This document shows, piece by piece, positions 8,301 to 15,212 of a stretch of DNA of 32,000 nt. How positions within the stretch are numbered: position 1 is the first letter of the stretch; the number at the start of each line of letters is the position of its first letter. The DNA is from Candidatus Scalindua sp. (GTDB taxonomy: Bacteria > Planctomycetota > Brocadiia > Brocadiales > Scalinduaceae): the NCBI GenBank assembly GCA_031316235.1, contig JALDRA010000001.1, positions 3,960,001 through 3,992,000 of the forward strand, in the 5' to 3' direction. The notes under the pieces are model-generated. The model had not been told where the DNA came from and did not search any database. It saw only the letters and a program-made list of their open reading frames with translations. The position numbers and the translations under genes are program-made.

Positions 8301-8740
8301 AGGGCACCTACTCCCAGAGTATTGGGAGAACCGAACGGAAACAAGACACTCGATGCCGAAGAGACAGCAACGCCCTTTGGTTGAAAACGGTCACACATGG
8401 AAAGCTCGAAGCTTCCCCGTCCTGTATAAATTGCAGCAGCTTCCGGACCAGATTCATTTTTAATTTCATTAAGTTTCGCTGTAATAATTTCATAAGCGTT
8501 GTCCCACGATATCCTTTCAAATTCAAGTGTACCTTTCTTCCCTTTACGTCTCATTGGATACCGTAAGCGGTCTTTGGAGTAAACAATTTCTGCGGAATAT
8601 TCACCGAGCTTGCAAATCATCCCCAGATGAGAACTTTTGTCAGGCTGTACCTTACCAATTTTCCCCTCTTCATCATACGTAACCGTAACCCAGCAACCTG
8701 CGGGGCATATACCGCATATTACGTTTCTCTCATTTTTCAT
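5348..8740 (-). CDS. Mo/W-bis(pyranopterin) oxidoreductase (acetylene-hydratase-like) fused to a NifS/IscS-type cysteine desulfurase; candidate metallopterin-dependent ergothioneine synthase (MES-type)
   Basis: Single uninterrupted 1130-aa ORF. aa 1-~712 contain a C9-x2-C12-x3-C16...C43 [4Fe-4S] motif, no twin-arginine leader, a molybdopterin-oxidoreductase core, and a C-terminal dinucleotide-binding barrel (DIKNGDLVHIINERGKVTMRALVTDDIVRGSI). aa ~713-746 are an acidic linker. aa ~747-1125 are a class-V aminotransferase (YLDHNATTP, FTGSGSEANN, SGHKLYGPKGIG with Lys946, SSGSAC with Cys1068). It lies directly downstream of an EgtD-like gene. Confidence 0.8.
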   Translation of the reverse strand: MKNERNVICGICPAGCWVTVTYDEEGKIGKVQPDKSSHLGMICKLGEYSAEIVYSKDRLRYPMRRKGKKGTLEFERISWDNAYEIITAKLNEIKNESGPEAAAIYTGRGSFELSMCDRFQPKGVAVSSASSVLFPFGSPNTLGVGALCYVSFAMIAPHVTMGGMLMNMFSDIENSQLIVVWGTNPATDCPPLDLSRIVNAQKRGAQVVVIDPRRTMTAKLTDAEWIPIRSGTDGALALGMCNVLIEEELYDEGFIKDWTVGFDDFARYVQHFTPETVETISDIPAETIRSLARRIAEADGASTVMYTGLEYSDSGVQAIRATMVLWAIARQLDVPGGRCFSMRQNQFPVNREGHVANPDVRKALGRDRFPVYSEYRGESHAIALPDAVLEGKPYPVRSLIILGGSIITSWPQPAIWRKTLNSLDFLVTIDRQLTADAAYADIVLPATTMYEIESYMVYGPIFRIREKVVEPVGEARNDFFILAELAQRLGYGNLYPQNEDELLRHVLKDSGFTLEEVKSAEGTVEIPSVMMEYKKWEKGLLRADGKPGFNTPTGKFEIASTILEEHGYDPLPVYTEPGEGPLAQPELSEKFPLIFNSGSRVNTDFRSQHHGIAGLLRERPEPTVTMNTDDAEKRDIKNGDLVHIINERGKVTMRALVTDDIVRGSIDANMGGGGPIGPDRWKNCNINELTDLQRYDPISGFPVYKTLLCEVVSASETEEKVVIDSGEYGDSAGLEDSCKESRTTTQRIYLDHNATTPLDLEVKDIMQRYVANGHGNPSSIYSEGKDARFAVESARRSVGQLLNCTARRITFTGSGSEANNLAIKGVAFANWGTKNHIITTSIEHPSVMNTCKWLESHGFSVTYLEVDRKKSINPEDLRSAITDRTCLVSVMMANNETGSIQPIEELVHVAKEQNVLFHTDCVQAVGKIPIDVTELGVDFLTLSGHKLYGPKGIGVLYIRKGVVLEPLVSGGNQEGGMRAGTENVLGIVGLGKAAELSVQRLPEMSRVKRLRDRLENGIRSLITDSKLNANSEKRLPNTLNITLPGIRGESVVLALDQKGVSLSSGSACRSGSPKPSYALLAMGLSEEEAHCSLRFSLGLGNTMEEIDRTLNLLGEMVRDKKSVVRFVPCR

Positions 8741-8879
8741 CTGGTTTAGTCCTAAACAATAACCTTAAGCAGCTTACACAGACAGTATTGTATCGTTACA
8801 AACAGTGAAATCAGAAATTCAATTATTTTGACAGGTATATTTCAATTGTTCACTTCTCAATGCTTCTGGAATTCTACAA

Positions 8880-9884
8880 TTAAAACATATCGGTTGGTGC
8901 AAACAAATTGAGGCTGAATTTCTTTTCAGGATCAAACCACTGTCTCTCCACGGAAAACCCAGCCTTTTCAGCTAAAATATTAATCTCATTGAGTGAGTAC
9001 TTAAACGAGTTTTCCGTGTGAATCCTCTCCTTCTCAGCAAGCGATATCTCCAGGTCGAGATCTCCTATGATGACCTTCTGGTCGCAATTGCTTGTTAAGT
9101 ACATCTCAACCCGACCAATTTTCTCATTATATGTTACGTCATGATGGAACTTCTCAAGATTGAAATCTCCTCCCAGCTCATGATTGATACGGGCAAGGAG
9201 GTTCAGGTTGAATTCTGCTGTAACACCCTGTTCATCATCGTAGGCTTTTTCCAGGAGATCCCGATCTTTTTTCAGATCTATACCGATTAATAACCGATCA
9301 TTCGGGAGTGTGAATTCCTGGATACGGTTAAGTAATTGTACCGCTTCAGATCTATCCAGATTACCAACACTCGATCCCAGCCACGTAATGAGTTTTGCTT
9401 GATCTCCCTGTGTCTTTAACTGATCAAGTCCTTCATCATAGTGAGCGGCAACAGCCGTGATCTCTAAATCCGGATATGTTTTAAGCAATTCGTATGAACT
9501 CTCCTTAAGCATCTGGCGAGATATGTCAATCGGAGTATAAGAACTCAGTCCCTGCCCCTGAAGAAATGCCTCAATCAAAATCCTTGTTTTTTTTGAACTC
9601 CCGCTCCCCAATTCAACAAGCGTAATCTCTTCAGGAAATTGCGAAATGATGTCACATACGTGAATCTCAAGAATATGTGTTTCTGCACGTGTCAGGTAGT
9701 ATTCCGGGAGTTCACAGATCTTCTCAAACAACTGGGAACCTGCGTGATCGTAAAAGTATACAAAGGGAAGAGATTTTGGATCGGATGTAAGCCCTGTTTT
9801 TACATCAGAAGAAAACTCCTGAGCGGAATTCTCATCTTGAATTGCAATAAACGTTAATCGTTCCTCAATCGTTGTAGTTGACAC
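8880..9884 (-). CDS. egtD: L-histidine N-alpha-methyltransferase (EgtD/EanA family, hercynine synthase)
   Basis: 334-aa ORF with a GTG start and AAGGAG 9 nt upstream. EgtD-type motifs are present: GLTSDPKSLPFVYFYDHAGSQLFEKICELPEYYLTRAE, SAM-binding LVELGSGSSKKTRILIEA, YTPIDIS, ITWLGSSVGN and HTENSFKY. Confidence 0.85.
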   Translation of the reverse strand: MSTTTIEERLTFIAIQDENSAQEFSSDVKTGLTSDPKSLPFVYFYDHAGSQLFEKICELPEYYLTRAETHILEIHVCDIISQFPEEITLVELGSGSSKKTRILIEAFLQGQGLSSYTPIDISRQMLKESSYELLKTYPDLEITAVAAHYDEGLDQLKTQGDQAKLITWLGSSVGNLDRSEAVQLLNRIQEFTLPNDRLLIGIDLKKDRDLLEKAYDDEQGVTAEFNLNLLARINHELGGDFNLEKFHHDVTYNEKIGRVEMYLTSNCDQKVIIGDLDLEISLAEKERIHTENSFKYSLNEINILAEKAGFSVERQWFDPEKKFSLNLFAPTDMF

Positions 9885-10395
9885 GATAGTATGCTCCTTC
9901 CAAATAACCGTACACTCACCCCGTAAATTCTCTTTTCCTTGTTTTTCTCACCTGCATGGATAACTGTTTATAAGCAGGAACGTTTCTCCGTATACATTAT
10001 TTCGTTCACAATGTAACGCTGAATTTGCCGGTTTTTACTTGAAAATGTACTCTATTTTGCAGAATTGCTAAGAACAGTCAGTGTATAACATTTGGGTTGA
10101 TAATTCAAGTCGTTTATGTTCCGTTAAAGCCATTTTAAAAATTTCTGCCGTAAACTATATCTCTCATTAACCATCAGAACAATTCCGGCACAGAAAATAT
10201 CTGTATAGATGGGATATATTCTCAGTGGATTTTTCCTGTTTTCCTCTCTTTTTGACAGTTGTGTCAGTAACCAGCAGCAAGTTAACGGGCAATCCTACCC
10301 CTCCATACGGTACCCGCAATCATTCACCTTCTCCCAAACGGTCACCCTGCAATTCTGCCTCCAGATACCATTAACCAGACTTTGGTTTTAGTATA

Positions 10396-12075
10396 TCAAA
10401 CCAGTTCATCAGTCTGTATCCCCTTTGTACGCATCTTTCGTATGGCAACAATTGCTTCAAGAATGATCCAGAAAGAGAATGAAAGCAGGAGGATTGATAA
10501 AATGATCAGGACCCAGTTCCTTGATTTGATAAAGTCACCTAAACTCATGACCATTGCAATTGAAGTTATGACAACAAGAAATATCATCGGTATCATGGTG
10601 AACAACACCTTTCTCCCTTTCCTGAAGAGATATACGCTCAAGACCAGCAAGCTTAATCCTGCAAGTAACTGATTTGCAGCACCGAAGATAGGCCACAAGC
10701 GTTTCCAGCTAAGACCTTCACCTCCAAAGATAAGGATAAGAGGCGTAAAGGCAGCAATCGCGGCGGCTACGAACCTGTTTGTGAGTATCTTTATGTTGTA
10801 TATCTCTCCCAGTTCAGATGTGATATATCTCTGGATCCTGGTTGATGTATCAAGAGTAGTTGCGGCAAAACTGATGACAATTACCGCAATCATTGTCGTA
10901 CCAAATTCATCGGGAAGCATGAGCCCATTCTTTAAAAAATAGGAGCCGCCATTTATAAAAGCCCCTATTTTGGCATCCATGCTTCCAGCTGCTCCCCAGC
11001 TTGAATAGTGGTTATTCCAGGCAGCGACGGTTGCGAATCCCGCAGTCGATGCAAGAACCGACATCAAACCAAGTGATCCTTCTCCCAGCATAGATCCATA
11101 TCCAATCATTCTGGAATCTGAAAGTGCATTGAGCTGTTTCGAAGTTGTTCCCGAAGCGACAAGTCCATGAAATCCAGAAACAGCACCGCAGGCAATCGTT
11201 ATAAATAAAAATGGAAACCATGGTAAACCTTCATCTATCTTAAGGTTAAGGGCAGGTGCGACCATCTGCGGGTGTACGATGAAAAGCCCCAGGTACATGA
11301 CGCCTAACCCGACAAAAAGCTGATGGGAGTTGATAAAGTCTCTTGGCTGAAGCAGCAACCAGACAGGAAGGACTGAGGCAATAAAGGCATAGATCAAGAG
11401 CAGGACAATCCACGACTCTATCTGGCCGCCGACAAAAACGGGTAAATGTATGGGGATAAATGTGCCGAGATAGATAAATGCGTACAAGACAAGTAATGCA
11501 ATAATTGAAGGAATGAGAATGCCAAACTTTGTCCTGTAGATGATTATACCGATAATAACGGCAATTATGATTTGAATGTTAACAGGAAGAACAGCTGCAG
11601 GAAACTGTGAAAACAGGGTAGAGATAATGAATGCGAAAACTGCTATAACAACCCATGTAAGAAAAAAAATAATGGTAAGGAATAATGCCCTCGCCCTTTT
11701 ACCGATGACAGATCCCGTCAAATCACCAACAGAATGCCCTTTGTTTTTTGCTGAAATAACCAGGCACCCAAAGTCATGAACCGCACCAATAAAGATTGTA
11801 CCGATAACCACCCATAATACTGCAGGCAGCCAGCCCCATATCACGGCAATTGCAGGACCTACAATGGGAGCGGCACCTGCTATTGATGTGAAATGGTGAC
11901 CGAAAAGGACATATTTGTTGGTAGGGACATAATCAACACCATCTTGAAATTCATGAGCCGGTGTCCGACTCTCTGAATCTATCTGATATATTCTCTTTCC
12001 CAGGAATTTTGCATAGAACCGGTAGCTAAGGAAGAAACATACAAGTGAAAAAAAGGCTATGAGGGCCGCATTCAT
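10396..12075 (-). CDS. cstA: Carbon starvation protein A family transporter (peptide/pyruvate uptake)
   Basis: 559-aa polytopic ORF with the CstA N-terminal signature (YVPTNKYVLFGHHFTSIAGAAPIVGPAIAVIWGWLPAVLWVVIGTIFIGAVHDF). Confidence 0.9.
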   Translation of the reverse strand: MNAALIAFFSLVCFFLSYRFYAKFLGKRIYQIDSESRTPAHEFQDGVDYVPTNKYVLFGHHFTSIAGAAPIVGPAIAVIWGWLPAVLWVVIGTIFIGAVHDFGCLVISAKNKGHSVGDLTGSVIGKRARALFLTIIFFLTWVVIAVFAFIISTLFSQFPAAVLPVNIQIIIAVIIGIIIYRTKFGILIPSIIALLVLYAFIYLGTFIPIHLPVFVGGQIESWIVLLLIYAFIASVLPVWLLLQPRDFINSHQLFVGLGVMYLGLFIVHPQMVAPALNLKIDEGLPWFPFLFITIACGAVSGFHGLVASGTTSKQLNALSDSRMIGYGSMLGEGSLGLMSVLASTAGFATVAAWNNHYSSWGAAGSMDAKIGAFINGGSYFLKNGLMLPDEFGTTMIAVIVISFAATTLDTSTRIQRYITSELGEIYNIKILTNRFVAAAIAAFTPLILIFGGEGLSWKRLWPIFGAANQLLAGLSLLVLSVYLFRKGRKVLFTMIPMIFLVVITSIAMVMSLGDFIKSRNWVLIILSILLLSFSFWIILEAIVAIRKMRTKGIQTDELV

Positions 12076-12138
12076 TGTTGATGAAGTTTCTTTAAGAATT
12101 GTTTAAGAGCGCACTTATGCTTCAAATATAGCACAAAA

Positions 12139-12648
12139 TCAATTTATTTTGACTTCCTGTTCCCCCTCTTCTCTTAAACTCATGGCCTTGATTACGCTTG
12201 TTGGCGTGAGAACAGGTAATTGATACTCCTCAACGCAGTACACATCTCTTTTCTGCACACCGAAATCCAGGGCATCATTATGGTTGGAAAACCATATGTC
12301 TATGTGCTTTCCCTCAATTGCACCACCCACATCCTCAGCCCTGAATATAGTAGATGGAAAACCCTGGACTACGAGAACAGATCCCAGTTTAATTACTTCC
12401 CTGTCCACTGCTACAGTCCCCCATCGTGCCTTCACCCCTATTGCCGTTATTCCGTACCACTCATCTGAGGGATCCTTATCGCAACATTTTTGACATGAGC
12501 AATACGCAGTTACTGTGAATTCATCAGCTCTTACATTGCTGAAAAAAAACAGATTCAGCAAAAGCATCAATATCCCAAGAGCACAAATCTGTTTCGTTTT
12601 GCCCGCCACGGAAACTGAAAAGATCTTTTTATGTCTATACATTCTCAT
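12139..12648 (-). CDS. Secreted 3D-domain protein (MltA/RlpA-like double-psi beta-barrel, cell-wall associated)
   Basis: 169-aa ORF with a signal peptide (ICALGILMLLLNLFFFSNVRA) followed by FTVTAYCSCQKCC...GITAIGVKARWGTVAVDREVIKLGSVLVV...RAEDVGGAIEGKHIDIWF, which is typical of 3D domains. Its start overlaps the upstream ORF by 14 nt. Confidence 0.8.
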   Translation of the reverse strand: MRMYRHKKIFSVSVAGKTKQICALGILMLLLNLFFFSNVRADEFTVTAYCSCQKCCDKDPSDEWYGITAIGVKARWGTVAVDREVIKLGSVLVVQGFPSTIFRAEDVGGAIEGKHIDIWFSNHNDALDFGVQKRDVYCVEEYQLPVLTPTSVIKAMSLREEGEQEVKIN

Positions 12649-13066
12649 TCTCTCTCTTCTCGAAAACCTTTAAATCAATAAAAAATACCACTGGTATTAT
12701 CGGACTCAGCGGCATTTTAGCCGTTACATGCCCATATTTTGTGTTCTTTTCATCTCGTATCACTAAGTTCGCATATTTCCAGTCAAGAGGCTCTGCATCA
12801 AAAAGGCCGCAAATCCTTCCCTGAGTTTTAATGAAAGAATCTTTTACGTCATTAACTTCAGTATAAACAACACGGAATCGCTCAACCTGCTTCCAAATTG
12901 TTTCATCCATTTCTGGTGATGAGGACGACTCGAAATCAACTTTAGTAAGTGCGATATCACACACCTTAAAAGTCGAATCATTTTCTAACAGTGGGACGTA
13001 TACGTCAAATTCGTATTGAACCAAAACAGTGAGTTCAGATTTCGCCATGCAGGCAAACGAACGCAA
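12635..13066 (-). CDS. Hypothetical cytoplasmic protein, start uncertain
   Basis: 143-aa ORF with a TTG at 13066 and an alternative ATG at 13048; neither has a clear SD. Its stop overlaps the start of the 3D-domain gene by 14 nt, which supports it as a real gene. No family recognised. Confidence 0.45.
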   Translation of the reverse strand: MRSFACMAKSELTVLVQYEFDVYVPLLENDSTFKVCDIALTKVDFESSSSPEMDETIWKQVERFRVVYTEVNDVKDSFIKTQGRICGLFDAEPLDWKYANLVIRDEKNTKYGHVTAKMPLSPIIPVVFFIDLKVFEKRENENV

Positions 13067-13105
13067 TTATAATACCAAAGAGTAAATATTTGGATACAGG
13101 GGTAT

Positions 13106-13128
13106 AACCTCTTGTTTATCAAGAGGTT
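13106..13128. repeat. Perfect 9-bp inverted repeat with a 5-nt loop
   Basis: AACCTCTTG-tttat-CAAGAGGTT sits in the gap between tRNA-Thr and the hypothetical ORF. There is no flanking U-tract on either strand, so it is not a classical terminator. Confidence 0.5.
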
Positions 13129-13247
13129 CCTGAAAAATGGTTTTATTGTGACAAAAAACATATTTGGCTGATTAAAGGCGATTTGATTATTATAGCCTAT
13201 GAAAAAACGGCAAAAACTGTCTGAATATATTCACCTTGAGGTCTAAT

Positions 13248-13319
13248 AGCCCGCGGGGGGATTCGAACCCCCAATCACATCATTACGAATGACGTACTCT
13301 ACCATTGAGCCACACGGGC
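13248..13319 (-). tRNA. tRNA-Thr (anticodon CGU)
   Basis: Hand-folded 72-nt cloverleaf on the minus strand. Acceptor stem GCCCGTG/CGCGGGC; D arm GCTC-AATGGTA-GAGT; anticodon arm CGTCA-TTCGTAA-TGATG (anticodon CGT); 5-nt variable loop; T arm GGGGG-TTCGAAT-CCCCC; discriminator T. CCA is not encoded. Confidence 0.9.
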
Positions 13320-13473
13320 TGAGAGTGTATGGTTTATTTTTTTAGAATTCAGTGCATCAAAGCAGGGGTTACATATAGTATCAATAGCCGCATACGTCTC
13401 CAATTAAGGAATACTTAAATACGTTCATTGCAATATCGGTTTCACTATATCAACACCCTTTACCATGTACTTC

Positions 13474-14520
13474 TTACATAATTCTTATTGCCACCCATTT
13501 TGCCTGATCTTGAATGGAGTGTACATCAGTAAATTTAAGTTTGATTGCTCCCTCTTCACTCAGGACGCTCCAAACGCTTTCATCGAATGTCGAGCTTGGA
13601 AAGGCGAGGTTTTTTACTGTTGAACCAAAGACTGTCGCTTCTGCTACAGCATGTCTTCCTAACACAAATATCTTCCAGACTGAATTATCATCAACATCAA
13701 ATATTGCTTCCACCTGGCCGCTATTTAATAAAGATGTAACTCCTTTTATTGAGTAGAATGTAGTAGCTTTTATATCTCCCTTTACTTCCAATTCCTCAGT
13801 TGGAGAAGCAGTGTTAATACCAACTTCACCATGATACCCCTGCCCGTGTTCCATGATGGTAAAAACTTCACCACCATCATCATCAATAAATCTCAATGCC
13901 TTGTCATCGCGCGTGATTGTCGTGTGTTCTCTGTACGAGCCGTCTCGTGAACTATCCCCTTCAAGGCGGATGGATGTTGATGCCTCATCTTTTGTATAAA
14001 TATGAAGGTCCACTTCGGGTGAACCGGTGTGGATGCCGATTTCTCCACGACGTTCCGGTGAGCCTTCTGTATGCTCCATGATGGTAAAAACTTCACCGCC
14101 ATCATCGTCAATAAATCTCAATGCCAGTGCATCCCTCGTAATTGTCGTGTGTTCTCTGTACGAACCATCTCGTGAACTATTCCCTTCAAGGCGGATTGAT
14201 GATGATACCTCATCTTTTGTATATAGGTGGATGTCAGTTTCCGGGTTTACGGTATTAAACCCAACATTACCAATATCATCAACAGATACCACATCTGTCG
14301 GATTACCGTCTCTGGCATCCAGCGAATTACCAACCCCTTCTACCGTTTCCCCTTCTGATGCTGTTTGTAAGGGTTGATCCTCCAGCAGAATGCTATCACC
14401 TCCTGTTGTAGTGTTCGAACCTGCCACCTCATAAGAAAAAACGATCCTGCAAGTGGGAAAACATGCAACAAATAACACAATGACTGCTGAACAGAAAAAC
14501 CAGCTTAGTGACTTTTTCAT
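13474..14520 (-). CDS. Secreted hypothetical protein with two tandem ~75-aa repeats
   Basis: ATG 14520 is preferred over the track start at 14553 because AAGGAGAT lies 7-8 nt upstream. The signal peptide is MKKSLSWFFCSAVIVLFVACF. The internal duplication is HxYTKDExSxSIRLEGxSSRDGSYREHTTITRDxxALRFIDDDGGEVFTIMEH, present twice. Confidence 0.75.
   Translation of the reverse strand: MKKSLSWFFCSAVIVLFVACFPTCRIVFSYEVAGSNTTTGGDSILLEDQPLQTASEGETVEGVGNSLDARDGNPTDVVSVDDIGNVGFNTVNPETDIHLYTKDEVSSSIRLEGNSSRDGSYREHTTITRDALALRFIDDDGGEVFTIMEHTEGSPERRGEIGIHTGSPEVDLHIYTKDEASTSIRLEGDSSRDGSYREHTTITRDDKALRFIDDDGGEVFTIMEHGQGYHGEVGINTASPTEELEVKGDIKATTFYSIKGVTSLLNSGQVEAIFDVDDNSVWKIFVLGRHAVAEATVFGSTVKNLAFPSSTFDESVWSVLSEEGAIKLKFTDVHSIQDQAKWVAIRIM
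13851..14235. repeat. Tandem direct duplication, period 225 bp, with ~160 bp high-identity cores
   Basis: 13851-14010 aligns with 14076-14235 with scattered substitutions of all types. It lies in frame inside the secreted-protein CDS. Confidence 0.85.
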
Positions 14521-15212
14521 TTTCTTATCTCCTTTTGTTAAAAGTAACAGCAAATCTTGAACGTATATCAGAATTTGTCATGAATACTTGGATATCAAAC
14601 AAAAAAAGCCTTAAAGCTAAGGATGTTTTCTGAATATCCCCTAGCAGTAAGACTGTCTCTAAAGCTCCACTTCCCTGTCAAACTTACGGACCTTATTGCT
14701 TTGCATTACGTAATTGATAAGTAAATTCCTGTCCTCCGTGTAACTCACAAATCTATAATGCTCTCTGAACTATACTCATCTTTTATAATATTGAATTCGC
14801 TCCTTGTTGTCAAGTATGAAAAAAAGTGTCTGCCAGGCGAAACAGTATGAGCCTCCAACGCAAGTTCACCCCTGGAATTGTATTCTCCATGTTGTAAGTA
14901 TTTTTTTGGGAGGCACTTGCGTATGTTTTCCAGAAATGTACTCATGTCTGCATTTAACTATATGCACCAAATAGAGATATGAAACTTGAGCATTCGGACA
15001 GAGGGGAATAGCATTGGTAATGAAAATGACCCATCTACGGTGCTGCTGCAATAATGACGTAATGCTCACGTACTTGAGTGCGATCCGGTTGCATAATTAT
15101 TTCGCGCCTTGTATACTGAAACCGATCTGGTTTGCAGGAGCCGAATTTGGTACAATCAGATCCCGGGAAAGTAGCCGGAGGTCAAATCAGGGATCTTAAC
15201 AGGTAACAGGAA

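Noticed and set aside
5382-8566. About 15 short ORFs (60-151 aa) on both strands inside the 1130-aa fusion gene, for example 7671-8126 (+), 7648-7956 (-) and 7928-8212 (+)
   Set aside because: All lie within or antisense to a long ORF that has coherent domain motifs throughout. Their translations are low-complexity with no motifs and no RBS. They are typical shadow ORFs.
5348-8740. Reading the large Mo/W-pterin ORF as a respiratory enzyme (formate dehydrogenase, nitrate, polysulfide or thiosulfate reductase)
   Set aside because: It has no twin-arginine signal, no adjacent FeS or membrane-anchor subunit genes, and no in-frame TGA (selenocysteine). It is covalently fused to a NifS domain and sits next to an EgtD-like gene. 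The biosynthetic MES-type interpretation fits better.
8741-8879. Possible Moco/Wco riboswitch in the 139-nt gap upstream of the pterin-enzyme ORF
   Set aside because: The gap is A/T-rich and lacks the GC-rich conserved stems and CCUCCGAG-like elements I associate with the Moco RNA motif. It is more likely a simple spacer or internal promoter.
10209-10672. Two + strand ORFs (60 and 96 aa) near the cstA 3' end
   Set aside because: One lies in the intergenic spacer without an RBS. The other is antisense to cstA. Neither has motifs.
13067-13473. tRNA-Thr as the integration site of a genomic island
   Set aside because: No integrase, transposase or phage genes flank the tRNA, and I did not spot a direct repeat of the tRNA 3' end nearby.
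13851-14235. Diversity-generating retroelement (template/variable repeat pair) as the explanation for the 225-bp duplicated segments
   Set aside because: Mismatches between the copies involve all base types rather than adenine-specific substitutions. The copies are tandem and in frame within one CDS, and no reverse transcriptase is nearby. This is ordinary tandem duplication.
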